Below are positions 30,182-42,033 of a DNA stretch of 64,000 nt, in pieces (the first letter of the stretch is position 1; the number at the start of each line of letters is the position of its first letter). Below the pieces are notes generated by a model. That model was not told the origin of the DNA and made no database searches. It worked only from the letters and a program-made list of their open reading frames with translations. Position numbers and translations under genes: made by a program. This DNA is from Bigelowiella natans CCMP2755 (taxonomy: Eukaryota; Protista; Cercozoa), in NCBI GenBank assembly GCA_000320545.1, contig ADNK01000427.1:62001-126000 (forward strand). Reading direction: 5' to 3'.

Positions 30182-30967
30182 TTATTTTTGGCATAATTTT
30201 ATTGACTTTTCAATTGACAACTGAATTTGGCCTCCACACCATTTCCACCATTTTGACTTGTCATTAGGCTTCTGCACTGCCCATAGCTTTTGCACTGAAG
30301 ACCTTGCGCTCATTTGTTTAAAGTGCTTTGCAAGCAGTTTGAACTGACCGATGTATTCTCCAAGGCCAAATTCGTCAACGATACCATCCAGGATGGCGAG
30401 AACAGCAAAATCCACGTAACAAACTTTCTTCTCGAAAAAGAAAATACCATCTTCGGAAAATGGAGCATTTTGTTCCAATGCGGCATTTAAAACGCTCATC
30501 CATTTGTGCAATCGTACATCCATGAATTTCTTCCAAGATTCGGCCTTTGAAAAATATAATGCTCAGAAAAGTTGTTTCAAGAAACTAGAATGCAACGTTC
30601 GTTTGAGAACCTCCCACATTTTGTAATGACCTCCATTCATGGTGATGCTGTCCAAGATATCATTGCAGTTGAGCAGCATCATAAGAGCAAGACTCTTATT
30701 TTTCGAATCAATTGGCTCTAAATTTAGCATCTTCGCTAAATGAAGCACGCAAGCTGGCATTTGAGACATCCGAAATTTGCCAATTTGGGGCATCGGCACC
30801 GCGAATACAGGGTAGCTCGTCTTATTGTCGTTCAGGGCCTGTCTGATCTCATTATAATCGCTCACAGTCTTGTACTCCTTACCAGCCTCCTCGAGTAAGT
30901 ACTTTAGGAAGTTACCTCGAAAGCGAATGGGCCAGTAGAAGACCGTGACTTCGGCTTCGGAATCCAT
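30182..30967 (-). CDS. Glutathione S-transferase, 2 exons
   Basis: MDSEAEVTVFYWPIRFRG.., FAVP, MSQMPA (GST N-domain). Exon 2 has VCYVDFAV (GST C-domain N-cap). In-frame splice MWE|AESW. Confidence 0.85.
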
Positions 30968-31271
30968 CGTCCTTGGTGCACTGTCGGCAGCTGATGTTTG
31001 TTTGTTGTCGCGCATGTAAAACCGACTTTGTCGTCGTCTTAGAAATCCCCTACGTTTTTTTGAATAAGAGTTGTCGTCGTTTGAGAAATCCCCTACATCA
31101 TTAGGAATTCTTGCTACGCTATGAACAAAGGGCTCCAAAGGCCAAGCCGCACCGCACCCCTTCCTCTCTTCCTTCCTCAAGGGTAATTTAGATCGAATGC
31201 TTCAGAGCTACAACCTTTGGGAGTAGTCCTGTATACATTAAATGAGAGCTGTGCTCCCTCTTTGTTTTCAG

Positions 31272-31562
31272 ATGAGTCTTGTTCCTCAACAAAAGTACCC
31301 GGATGTGGAGATAAAGACATCGTGTGGAACCATCGTTCTTGAGCTGTATTTCATGCATGCTCCGAAGACTTGCCATAACTTTCTCGAGCTTGCAAAAAGG
31401 GGCTATTACAATGACACTATCTTCCACCGTATAATAAAGGTTGCAGCTTTGTATCACATCCTCTTGAACTTGGAATTAGGTTTTTTGCCTGTTGTGTGCA
31501 GAATTTCATGATCCAGGGAGGTGATCCAACAGGAACCGGAAGGGGCGGAAACTCTATCTGGG

Positions 31563-31632
<70 letters not shown>

Positions 31633-32164
31633 GTGCATGTGGTTGTATTTACAATTTTTGTTATGGTTGCTAATATAAACTATAAAACAGAAAACCATTT
31701 GAAGATGAAATCACTCCTAAATTGAAGCACACAGGAGCTGGGGTAAATCTTGATCTTAGCACACAATATCTCCAATAGAAGATGTACATGACTGTGATTT
31801 TTATCCAGATTTTATCAATGGCAAACAGCGGGAAGAACACAAACGGATCTCAATTTTTTATTACACTTGCTCCAACTCCATGGCTAGACGGTAGTTGCGA
31901 TTGACGAATATTTCCTCATAAATGACATCATAGCTTAGCAATGATCGGTAACTTCTGTCGCAATGGCTACCAGGTAAACATACAATTTTCGGTCGTGTGA
32001 AGAAGGGAATGCAAGTTGTTCAACGCATGGGGCTCGTTAAAACAAATGCGCAGGACAGGTGGTATCCACATTGAAAATTATCAACATCACTACTTAATGC
32101 GTTGTTGTGTTGGACGTTCAGACCCCATGAAGAAGTCAAGATGTACAAGGCTTATCCAGCTTAA
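31272..32164 (+). CDS. PPIL1: Cyclophilin-type peptidyl-prolyl isomerase PPIL1 (spliceosomal)
   Basis: [84 protein letters not shown]. Confidence 0.92.
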
Positions 32165-32168
32165 TATT

Positions 32169-32208
<40 letters not shown>

Positions 32209-32759
32209 TGTAGTATGGTGTTGGTCGATCGAGCTATTCTCAAAGAACATTTTTGAATTTTGTGCATTAGCAGCACTCAATGTTACCAGACTCGCACAAA
32301 CTAAGTACACAAATACCTTATTTAGACTGACACATGCACATCACGAAATGAGGAATTAATTTTCACTAAGATCGTGAAGTACATCTTTTGAGAGTATCTC
32401 TCTGATTCACATCCCTATGTTGACATCTTAATAAACTTTTAGTTAGACGTCATCACGAGAGATGAGTCTGAATGTATGGCCTATGTCCCAATAGCATAGC
32501 CAAATATGTGGGAAGATTGCCCAAGTCGATCAAACATCATAAATCCTAGACTAGGATTATTTTCATGATGGACACACAATGCCGACACTCTAAAGTGACC
32601 AAGTGGCTTCCATGGTGGCAGCTATTAGCTAGCTAGCGGGCGCATAGTAGCTATAATTGGTAGCTAACACCCTAGCAATGTTATGCCGTCAAGGCCAACA
32701 GTACGGTAGAGCTAGAAAGTTGCTGCACCACCTGTCTAGCTGTGGATAGAAACGCGGCC

Positions 32760-33085
32760 TGTTGCGCGTAAGGTGTTCACAGGCCGAGGCGCTACGTGCA
32801 CAAGTAGGCAGGGGGGGGGAAAGGCACGTTTGCTTCCTTTTGAAGAGTTGTGTTTATTTTTATTAAAGATTATATTTTTATTAAATCGTGCACTGCGTAA
32901 TCATTCGCGAAGCTTTCGCGAATGCCGCCGCACGTGGGGCAGCACACTTCCGGTGTGCTGCCATGAGTCCCGCCGGAACCCACGTGCCTATGCTGTATTA
33001 ATATCTACGTTATCTATATTCTATATCCGCGACAACCCCTTTGTTGTCGCACGTGACTTGTGCCCGCGTAGTGGTACGCGCTACA
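32760..33085 (-). repeat. 3' LTR
   Basis: Direct repeat of 38150-38475, with 11-bp imperfect terminal inverted repeats. Confidence 0.97.
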
Positions 33086-33093
33086 CCTCCCCC
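33086..33093 (-). other. Polypurine tract GGGGGAGG abutting the 3' LTR (longer purine run at 33105-33130)
   Basis: Purine run immediately 5' of the 3' LTR on the element strand. Confidence 0.8.
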
Positions 33094-33136
33094 AAGTCAC
33101 GTTGCTCCTTCCTTCCTTCCTTATTCCCTTAGACCT

Positions 33137-36100
33137 TCATCGCTTTCGGAACTTCACCAACCACCAGGTAATAGATTCCTCTCTAACCTTATCTCCTTTG
33201 TCGCTTACCCAGAACTCACCTTCGTCCTTAGGTTCGTGTCCATACCAGCCCTCTGCATCAAGGTCCCCCAGGACCTTATACCAGTGCTCAAAGGGTAAGT
33301 CGGGAACAGCTAGGTAGAGTAGCTGATATTTTCCGTCCTTTATTTTCATAGCTACCCTCTCCATATTTCGTAATCCAGGGTAGCCTAGATAGACAATCTT
33401 CATGCGCCAATCGTCGTTCACCCTGACCTTATTGTTTCCATATTCCACATCGAACTTAGGTCGGGGTCCTAAACAAGGCATTGCTCGCTCCCACACAGTA
33501 GGGTTTACTTTAACATCCTCTAGGAGCTTCTCACCGATATCATAATTCTTTAGGTGACTGATGTGGCGCAAGGTGACCCTGTTCCCATCATAGATGTAGT
33601 ACTGCTTCCTCCCCTTCCTCTCGGTAACCTTTGCAACGCCACCCCAGAAGGGGTCTTGTTTATTTCTCGATCTCAGATTTACCTTGGCCCTAACATACTG
33701 TCCTTCCTTTAGAACTCGGCCATCGTACGGGACCTTCTCGTCTTCGCTCTCGGTATCGTCGTCGTTGTCGTCGCCTTCTTCCCTCTCCTTATCCTTGATA
33801 CCTCCCCCAGACGTGAAGGTGTCGTTTACTAACCCTTGTATCTTGTCTGGTGTGGTGCTATTTATCCTGCTTAGGTTGGCCAAGGTGCGGTGGAGTCGCT
33901 CTACCTTGGAGTTGGACTGGGCATAGTATACAGGTGAGGCATCAATATTAGGGTGTGGTAGCTGTAGAAGAGAGGTCTCATTATCCACATGTAACTTCTT
34001 TGGTATCTTGTTTATGCTAACTTCATCAGGGATAGCCTGGAGCTCAGACTCCCAGGTACGGTAGCAGTTAGTAAGCCTCTGCTTATATAAGCCTTTGTTC
34101 TTCTTAGCAACGTTGACCTTGATAATCTTTTTAACCCAGCACTTTCCAGTGGCCACATCAACGAAGGTAAGGTAGTGATAGCCATCGTACTTATAAACAT
34201 CAATTTGCACGATATCTAAGAAGTTCCTTGCTTTGATTTTCTTAGATGCACGGCTCTTGCTGGACTCCTTGGTGGCGACGCCTGCCGCCTTCAAGCTGGA
34301 GCACCTGCAGCCACGCAGGTATGTCCTTATCTCTTTTAGCTTGTAGGGCCAGTAGTAATGGTAGAGTAGAGCAGTGATATGGTTTTCTCCTACGTGTGCA
34401 GGTCCATGGGCGGTAAAGAGAAGGGCTCCCCTGGTCCGCCGTGGCACGTAGGTACGCCTAACATTATTAGTGTATACATATATCCTATCACTAAGTACCT
34501 CATGCTTGTGTTTGTATTTATCCAGGTGTTCTTGAAGGTGCTGGAGCTCCTCTGGCTCAGGCAGGAAGTCGCCGTCCTCGAAGGTAATCGCGTTAACCAT
34601 AGGGGTGACCTGGGTAGGGACTTTCTTTTCGAACAGCCTGCTGAAATAGTCAGCAAGCTGCTTGTCTCCTGGTGCGTAGACCACTGTCCTCTTGTCCCTA
34701 AACTCTTCCGTGTCCGCCCTCATAGCTGCATACTCATCGTTAGGCGCTTCGAGCTTGCGGTCGATGCCTAGGAGGGGCTTGTGGTCAGTCATTAAGGTGA
34801 AGCTGGGCACCGACAGCAGGTAGTGTCTTAGTTTCCTCTGCGCCTCAGTCATGGCTTTATACTCTCCTTTTGTAGGGCTGTACTTGGCCTCAGCTGCTGT
34901 GCAGGCCCTGCCCCACACCCGTATGATCTGCTGGTCTTGGGTAAGTACAGCGGCCATACCTAGCTTAGACCAGTCTGTCCATAGGGTAGCTGGTCTAGTA
35001 GTGTCTAGCTTAGCATTCAATAGGGTGTTGCTGCATAACTTTATTAGGTTATCGAAGTGGGCATCAAGGCCAGCCTTGGCCCACACCTTAGCGAAGCTGA
35101 GGCCTACAGAGTTCTCCTTCCGGTAAGCAGTAGTAAAAGCAGCTGCAGTCCTAGCGTAGGTAGGGGAGAACCTACGTAGTATCCAAGCTGCAGTCTGCAA
35201 GAATGACTTTAACTCCTTTGCATTCTTAGGTTTAGGGGCTTGCTGTAGTGCTGCTACTTTCTCGGGGTTTGGGGTGATGCGGCCTTGCTCCAGGTAATAT
35301 CCACACCACTTGATTCTTGTAGCTAGGAATGTACACTTCTGCAGTCTAATAGTAAAACCGAAGTGTGCAAACCTAATAAATATATTTTCCAGGAGGAAGA
35401 TCTGAGCGACGACTGTGTTGGTACATATTATGTCATCATCCACATACACAAACACAAACACCCACAACACAGACGCCATCCCATCATGTGTGTATGCCCT
35501 GTAGTTCTGACTACTGAACGCATCCCCTGATATGCTTAGGCCGTAAGGGAATACGACGAAGTGCCACTTCCTGTGCCTGCTGGAGAACGCGGTAATGGGG
35601 CGGGAGGTTTTGTGGATGGGTGTCTGCATGTATGATTCATTTTTATCTAGGGAAGAGTAGTATTTGTATCCTATGACGTGTTCAATAACGTCATCTATCC
35701 TTGGTGTAGGTGTCTGGATCCTCTTTATTACTCGGTTGTGGCGGATGAAGTTGTGCGCCAGGCGGAAGAAAGGGTAAGTAGGTTTCTTAGCTAGCACATG
35801 TCTCACGTTCCATGGTGAGTTGCTTGGCTCTATCTTCCCTTCCTTTGCCCATTCATTGATCTGCCACTCTATCTTTTCCCAGTCCGCTTCCGGTCGCCTA
35901 TGTTCTGGGTCATTGATGATGCACTCTTCGTATCCCTTCTTTAGCTCGATCTTTACTGGGGTAAGCTTGCTGGAGGGCTTCGTCGTCGGCTTGGTGATGT
36001 CAGAGTACTTCTCGTTTAATATTTTATTAATGTACTTTTTGCCTTTGTCGATATCCCAATCATCAGCTGGGGGGGTCTTGTCCAGTAGCTCCGTTATCTG

Positions 36101-38110
36101 TCGGATGGTCTTGCCGGGGTTCTTCTTCCGTAGCTCGGTAGGTGTAGGTAGCTTGTTGTCCGCTAGGTCCATAAACTCTAACGCATTAACGCTTGACTCA
36201 GAGGTCCACTCGTCAAGCCGTATCATGTTCTGGCTGATGGTCCTGCCTGACTTCTTTGGCAACTTAGCAAAGTATATCTTGTGATTGTAGAATGATATGA
36301 TCCCCCCTAATTTTTCTAGGGCATCCTGTCCGAGGAGTAGTTCCATGGATAAAGTCATGGCTACTCGGGTCTTGATTTGGGTCTCCGCGTCGCTGCCAGG
36401 TATCTGTAGCTTTAGCATTAGCTCACCGACGGTCTTCATGGAAGAGCTTCCGTCTGCTTGAGCATATTTACGTTCTTTCTTAGTCACTTGATCCAATAGT
36501 CCTAACCTTCTTACTGTGCTTAGGCTTATGAAGGACTTCGGCATGCTGCCACTATCCCAAAGGGCAGGTAGTTTCTTGTAGTCTCCGTAGCTGTCTTTAA
36601 CTTTAACCTTGGTCATAGCAACTTTGATAGTCCTGTTAGCGTCTTCGTCATTAATGTTGCATACTCCTAAGTTCTTTATGTCGTCTAGGGTCATGGGCTT
36701 GTCTTGGTCCTGCGTTGCTGGTACTGCTGTCTTCGTCGGCGCCTGCTTAAGGTGATCTAATATTCCGTTTATCTGCTGCTGTATAGCATTGATACTGTTC
36801 TGCTTTTTGTTCTTATATTTATTGTTCTTCCCGTTGTTGCTGCCTTGCCATTTGCTGTTGTTATATCCTTGTCCTCTGCCTTTCTTTCTCTTTAACTTCT
36901 CGTAGTGTTCGTTGAGCTGCCTGATCGTCATCCTGGGTCGTCCTTCTTTCCTGTCTCTGCAGTCTTTAGCGGTGTGTTTCCCTTTACGTGAGCAGTATCC
37001 GCAACGTCGGTTACCTTCCCTGTCCTTGTACCAGTCTCGCTGCGGCTTAATAGCGTTAATGTTTCCTATGCCAGGTACCTTAGGGCTGGTAAACTTGCGG
37101 TCCTGCTCCTGCTCGCGTAGGGATATAGCCTGCACTGCTGCCTCCATCGTGGTGTAGCCTTTCTCCGTAACGTAAGTGGATTCCTTTATCTTTAACTTGA
37201 ACTCTTCAAACCTTGCCTGATCATCACCTGTGTTGTAATTAAAATCATGTAGTTCGTCGATCATATCCTGGAAGCGCGTGGCAAAGTCTCTAACAGGTTC
37301 TCTCTCATGCTGCATCATTGCTCTGTATTTTCTAATAGCCTGGGGTAGGGAGTTAGCATCCTGTTCATTTACAAAAGCCTTCATTATCGCCTCAACGTCT
37401 CGTAGCCCACTAACTGTAGTGTGTATTTTCTCTAGCTGCCTGATCCGGGTCCTGCCTGTCTCGTAAAGGTCCATGGCTTGCTTTATTATAGCTAGCCATT
37501 TGAGCTTGTCGTTTTCGGTGGGGTTAGGGGTAAAGTCGCAGAGTATACTCCTAGCGTTCTTCCACCACCTCCTTGCCTCACCTCTTTTCCCGTTGTATTT
37601 CGTTATCATAACCGGTGCTGTTTTAACAGACATGAACTGGGTGTTCCGCTGTACCGGCTGCTGCTGCTTGACGGTGCTCTGGGTCGTCCCCCGCGAGGCG
37701 CCCAGACCCCCGTCGTTCCTAAACAAAGCTGCCCACTCTGGAGGTAAGTCTGCTTCGTAATCCATGATGTCCTGCATGATAGCTGCCCAAACATCATGTG
37801 TCTGATACTTGTATTCTATCGATACTTTCAGTTTGGCGTAGTTGCTCGCCCTGGGTCGCAAGGCTCGTAATGCCATTACGACCTTCTTGCTTTCGGCGGC
37901 CACGTCCTCGTCGTCCGCCTCGTAGAAGTTCTCCAGTGCCTCTGCTGCTGCATCTGCTTTCTTAATCCCGGGTGCTGGTCCCGGCGGTGCCTGTGGAGGT
38001 GTTCCTCCTCCTTCCTTAGCGTCCGTATCGCCCTTCCTTTCCTGTTTCTGCTCGTGCCCTTGCACGGCCTGCGAGCCAAAGTCCTGCTGTTCTTCTAGCT
38101 GCTGTGACAT
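33137..38110 (-). CDS. Gag-Pol polyprotein (1657 aa): Gag, Zn knuckle, aspartic protease, RT, RNase H, integrase, GPY/F-like domain and an extra C-terminal domain
   Basis: CGYC..H..C knuckle, LWDSGS protease, LDKNESY/FPYGL/YVDD RT, WTDWS..GEYKA..TDHKPL..ADYFSR RNase H, HHCC + IDVY..VDNE..VER integrase. Confidence 0.97.
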   Translation of the reverse strand: MSQQLEEQQDFGSQAVQGHEQKQERKGDTDAKEGGGTPPQAPPGPAPGIKKADAAAEALENFYEADDEDVAAESKKVVMALRALRPRASNYAKLKVSIEYKYQTHDVWAAIMQDIMDYEADLPPEWAALFRNDGGLGASRGTTQSTVKQQQPVQRNTQFMSVKTAPVMITKYNGKRGEARRWWKNARSILCDFTPNPTENDKLKWLAIIKQAMDLYETGRTRIRQLEKIHTTVSGLRDVEAIMKAFVNEQDANSLPQAIRKYRAMMQHEREPVRDFATRFQDMIDELHDFNYNTGDDQARFEEFKLKIKESTYVTEKGYTTMEAAVQAISLREQEQDRKFTSPKVPGIGNINAIKPQRDWYKDREGNRRCGYCSRKGKHTAKDCRDRKEGRPRMTIRQLNEHYEKLKRKKGRGQGYNNSKWQGSNNGKNNKYKNKKQNSINAIQQQINGILDHLKQAPTKTAVPATQDQDKPMTLDDIKNLGVCNINDEDANRTIKVAMTKVKVKDSYGDYKKLPALWDSGSMPKSFISLSTVRRLGLLDQVTKKERKYAQADGSSSMKTVGELMLKLQIPGSDAETQIKTRVAMTLSMELLLGQDALEKLGGIISFYNHKIYFAKLPKKSGRTISQNMIRLDEWTSESSVNALEFMDLADNKLPTPTELRKKNPGKTIRQITELLDKTPPADDWDIDKGKKYINKILNEKYSDITKPTTKPSSKLTPVKIELKKGYEECIINDPEHRRPEADWEKIEWQINEWAKEGKIEPSNSPWNVRHVLAKKPTYPFFRLAHNFIRHNRVIKRIQTPTPRIDDVIEHVIGYKYYSSLDKNESYMQTPIHKTSRPITAFSSRHRKWHFVVFPYGLSISGDAFSSQNYRAYTHDGMASVLWVFVFVYVDDDIICTNTVVAQIFLLENIFIRFAHFGFTIRLQKCTFLATRIKWCGYYLEQGRITPNPEKVAALQQAPKPKNAKELKSFLQTAAWILRRFSPTYARTAAAFTTAYRKENSVGLSFAKVWAKAGLDAHFDNLIKLCSNTLLNAKLDTTRPATLWTDWSKLGMAAVLTQDQQIIRVWGRACTAAEAKYSPTKGEYKAMTEAQRKLRHYLLSVPSFTLMTDHKPLLGIDRKLEAPNDEYAAMRADTEEFRDKRTVVYAPGDKQLADYFSRLFEKKVPTQVTPMVNAITFEDGDFLPEPEELQHLQEHLDKYKHKHEVLSDRIYVYTNNVRRTYVPRRTRGALLFTAHGPAHVGENHITALLYHYYWPYKLKEIRTYLRGCRCSSLKAAGVATKESSKSRASKKIKARNFLDIVQIDVYKYDGYHYLTFVDVATGKCWVKKIIKVNVAKKNKGLYKQRLTNCYRTWESELQAIPDEVSINKIPKKLHVDNETSLLQLPHPNIDASPVYYAQSNSKVERLHRTLANLSRINSTTPDKIQGLVNDTFTSGGGIKDKEREEGDDNDDDTESEDEKVPYDGRVLKEGQYVRAKVNLRSRNKQDPFWGGVAKVTERKGRKQYYIYDGNRVTLRHISHLKNYDIGEKLLEDVKVNPTVWERAMPCLGPRPKFDVEYGNNKVRVNDDWRMKIVYLGYPGLRNMERVAMKIKDGKYQLLYLAVPDLPFEHWYKVLGDLDAEGWYGHEPKDEGEFWVSDKGDKVREESITWWLVKFRKR

Positions 38111-38126
38111 TGTTAGTCAAATCGTT

Positions 38127-38144
38127 TCCCGTGTGTGGAAGCCA
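38127..38144 (-). other. Primer-binding site TGGCTTCCACACACGGGA, 5 nt downstream of the 5' LTR
   Basis: Starts with TGG (complement of tRNA CCA). The complement reads like a tRNA 3' end with discriminator G. tRNA identity not determined. Confidence 0.7.
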
Positions 38145-38149
38145 AAGGT

Positions 38150-38475
38150 TGTTGCGCGTAAGGTGTTCACAGGCCGAGGCGCTACGTGCACAAGTAGGCA
38201 GGGGGGGGGAAAGGCACGTTTGCTTCCTTTTGAAGAGTTGTGTTTATTTTTATTAAAGATTATATTTTTATTAAATCGTGCACTGCGTAATCATTCGCGA
38301 AGCTTTCGCGAATGCCGCCGCACGTGGGGCAGCACACTTCCGGTGTGCTGCCATGAGTCCCGCCGGAACCCACGTGCCTATGCTGTATTAATATCTACGT
38401 TATCTATATTCTATATCCGCGACAACCCCTTTGTTGTCGCACGTGACTTGTGCCCGCGTAGTGGTACGCGCTACA
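38150..38475 (-). repeat. 5' LTR
   Basis: Direct repeat of 32760-33085. Confidence 0.97.
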
Positions 38476-39139
38476 GGCCCACGAAGCCGCTATGCGGCAT
38501 AAGTTCTAAGCTGCTCTACTATCTTATGCAATATTATGATCACACACAACAGTCAGAAAGCGCTGCACGCCATACTATGATGACGCATGGTTGCTCGTTG
38601 TGACCGTGCTATCACTGTACGTGTGTGTAGCTCTATAAAGCTAGCTTAGTCTAGTAGTAGTAGTGCTTACGTAACTATAACAGCACAATTATATATGAAG
38701 TTTACAGGTCGCGCTAACGTAGTAGGTGTTGACCGTCACCATGCAGTAGCGAACGTGGGCATGCAGGCAACATTGTACATGCACCATTGCAGCAGGAGAT
38801 AATACTTTTGACTTGGATGATAAACTAAAGAATAAGATCGATGTAACAAACTTGTACATGCAACATACAATAACTGAGGAACAAACACAATGCAAATTAC
38901 TAATATCCATTGAAACTGCACAAAACTTGCAGCTTGGTCAAACAATGTAACGATAATTATCATAACCCATAAGCTGAGTTTTTCCTTCAAGAAACAGAAA
39001 ATTTGTGCATTGGCAAATGCTACCAAGTGCTGTCATCTGGAGATGAATTACTGCAATCGAGACCATTAGGACACGTACAAGAACCAATACCACTACTTAA
39101 TACGTGCACTCTCTGCGACAACGAACGACGATTAGTGGT

Positions 39140-39285
39140 CTAAAGAAAAGTATCGGCAGCCTCATCCCCAAGATCCCTCTCGTCATCTCCAGCTTCATTA
39201 TTCAATTCCGTAGCGTAGGCATCGACCTGGGCCTTCCCTTCAGCGAGTTTGTCAGCATCATTTGCATCAAAGTACCTAGCATCAT

Positions 39286-39319
<34 letters not shown>

Positions 39320-40008
39320 CACGGGCATTGTATTATGAATAACTGTCTGTCTGCTAAAAATGAGGTATTATGCCTTGAGCATGGTTATTGCTTACGTGAA
39401 GGTTTCGATCCCTAAAAATTTCAGGATCCGAGCGTAGACGTTAAGCACGCAGCAGATGGAGAATATCGAGATCAGGATAGGCAGGTACGTGTTAAATGCG
39501 TCGCCAAAGAATGGCACGACACTCATTCCTCCCATCACCTTTTTGGGTTTGGACGAAAAATTGCAATGCTGTTAAATAATGCAGTCGTCCTCTCAGCGGT
39601 GTATACTGCATATAGTACCTTCTGGAAAGATGTATCATTGGCATGAATGATAGCTGTAAAGTTCGCTCCGATTGAAGCAAATATCCGAAGAAGATACGTG
39701 CCATTGAACAGCAATGGCACCACACCTAGGAGGGGATTTATTATTCACATACAAAAAACAATCAAAATTACAAAAATCGAATTTATAGGAACTTGCTGAG
39801 AATGGAGGCTGCGTGCGAAGGTGAATCGATCGATCTTACATCATCGGCACGTACCTGTCCGTCTATTGGTATCCATATAATAGTAATCAAACAACTGCAG
39901 CCGAAACATTGACGAGAAAGCACAGGAGCAGAGGTAAAGCAAAGGCAACAAGGTTGCGAGCTGCCACCACATCAATGAACCAAGTCAATTTCAATACAGG
40001 AACCAATG

Positions 40009-40056
<48 letters not shown>

Positions 40057-40335
40057 TACATATTTATTATATACATAATAGTACTAGTACCTGGGTATTA
40101 ATATCAGAAGACTGAGCAGAGACATACATTTGAGCAAAAGGCGATAAAAATCTTGCGTTCTTGTTAATTGTGAGCTGACTCCAAATCGTTATAATGGATG
40201 CACAAGCCAGAACTATGGATATAAGCTTAAAAATCGGCTCTCTCCACCTGTTACATTCAAATGGTGTTGTTACTATACGACGATATATGTTCTTCATGAG
40301 GAAAGAACCACAAACACCACTTCCCCATATTATAC

Positions 40336-40373
<38 letters not shown>

Positions 40374-40725
40374 TTGATTAGTTCAGTCGTTGCTACGACT
40401 ATTTCTTTGATACGAGAATCATCATATTCTTGTCAAGGATGATCGTTCTGATTTCCATGCCCCCCCCTCCATCTCCCCCCCCCCAAAATATTGCATCATC
40501 ATATGCACCTTAACATCCAGCGAAGATACACGTTTTGTGGAAGTTGAGTTAATCCCTGAGAGGTGTCGTTCGGTGAGTCCGTAGCAAATCAAAGGATCGG
40601 TAACATAACACGAATATCCTCGATTGATCTCACAGATATAACAAGAGAAACACCCCTCCTTCGCGTGGGTAACATTTGCATCATCCTCATTGTCGTTGTC
40701 GTTATCGTGAATTTGGTGCTACTTC

Positions 40726-40771
<46 letters not shown>

Positions 40772-41999
40772 GTATATTTGCGGCTGCTGCTGTTACCCTC
40801 ACCCCTCATCCCTACAACAATCCACTCATCGGTGTGATGATGAACCAATGACAATAAATACTACTTCTTACCCCTTTGCACAGAGAATCCAACGGTTGCC
40901 CCTGTCGGGCTACAAGACTCTGCAGCATGGTTCCTTTTTGAGCCTGGGAGGGAACATAGTATAGTTGTAGTAAAGATAATACACGCACGCGCAAATATCT
41001 AGAAGAAACTCTATCTCACACATACACTCACACAGACAGACATGAGATTATTTATATACTCTACAGCTATGTTGAATATGATGCATTCGCTCGTAATAAT
41101 ACAATGTCTTGGAGTTTGTCGCGAAAGCGGAAGTATTTCCTAATTGAAGACCTGTGGAGGAGGAGGGGGGTTATTCACATGAGCATACACATCAAAGACT
41201 TCTCTTCCAGAAATTAGTAAATGTACGACGTATGGTGAATTTCATGGTTCATTTAGTTGGAAATCGTAATGGTGTTTGGCTGGAAACAATATAAACATAC
41301 CGGCAATGTGCATTTAGCTTCTTCAGCAATGCCAAATCAGGTTCCTTCGCTTCCTTGATCTACTCAAATTCCGAAGGCAAGAAGCACGTAGCGTTCAGTG
41401 TTTCATCATGGAGATCTGACTTGCATCTTGCACAGATTTGATGTTCGCATAGGTATTATACACCATACCTCCTCATATAGCGCTGTTTCCGAGAAATCAG
41501 ACAATTTACCATCCATTTTGAGATCTACATTCTCGAGCGCTTTGAACTGATCTTCTATGGCGCTGAATGGAGAAGAGAACGTAAGTACCTCAGTCAATCA
41601 TTGGCTGCTAGATTCGTGTAGTGTATGTATTCAGCACCAATGTAAAAATCAAGAGGAAAGGAGTGTTTGTGCTTTTTCTCTCTTCTTGGCTTATATACTA
41701 CATCTCCTAGAAAGCTCGCGTGTTTGGAAGAAGCAATATGATTACTTAAATTGATTTCGATACGCATATGATCCTTGCAAGCTGCGTGAGATGTTGTCCA
41801 TAATCCCCTTCGTTGTTACTAAATCATCAGCTGCACGCTCTGTGGCATCATGGCTCATCGCAGCCTGTGTTACAATGATGGCAGAAATAACAATAACACG
41901 ATGATGCCCCACCAAAAAGTCAAATTCATGCAAACGCATGTTCACTTCGCAAGAACATACTTTTGCAAAGTGAAAAAGGCCTGAGGTCATACCATATAC

Positions 42000-42033
<34 letters not shown>

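Larger units (their letters stand above)
32760..38475 (-). mobile_element. Full-length, intact Ty3/gypsy-type (Metaviridae) LTR retrotransposon with 4-bp TSD GGCC
   Basis: Two apparently identical 326-bp TG..CA LTRs. GGCC at 32756-32759 and 38476-38479. PBS, PPT and a single gag-pol ORF with PR-RT-RH-IN order. Confidence 0.97.

Noticed and set aside
30968-31180. N-terminal extension of GST in the ORF track (start 31180)
   Set aside because: Uses a TTG start and spans the bidirectional promoter. The GST fold begins at MDSEAEV (30967).
32773-33132. 106-156 aa ORFs 'MFTGRGATCTSRQ…' at 22608, 32773 and 38133
   Set aside because: These are antisense translations of the three LTR copies from a GTG start, with no coding features.
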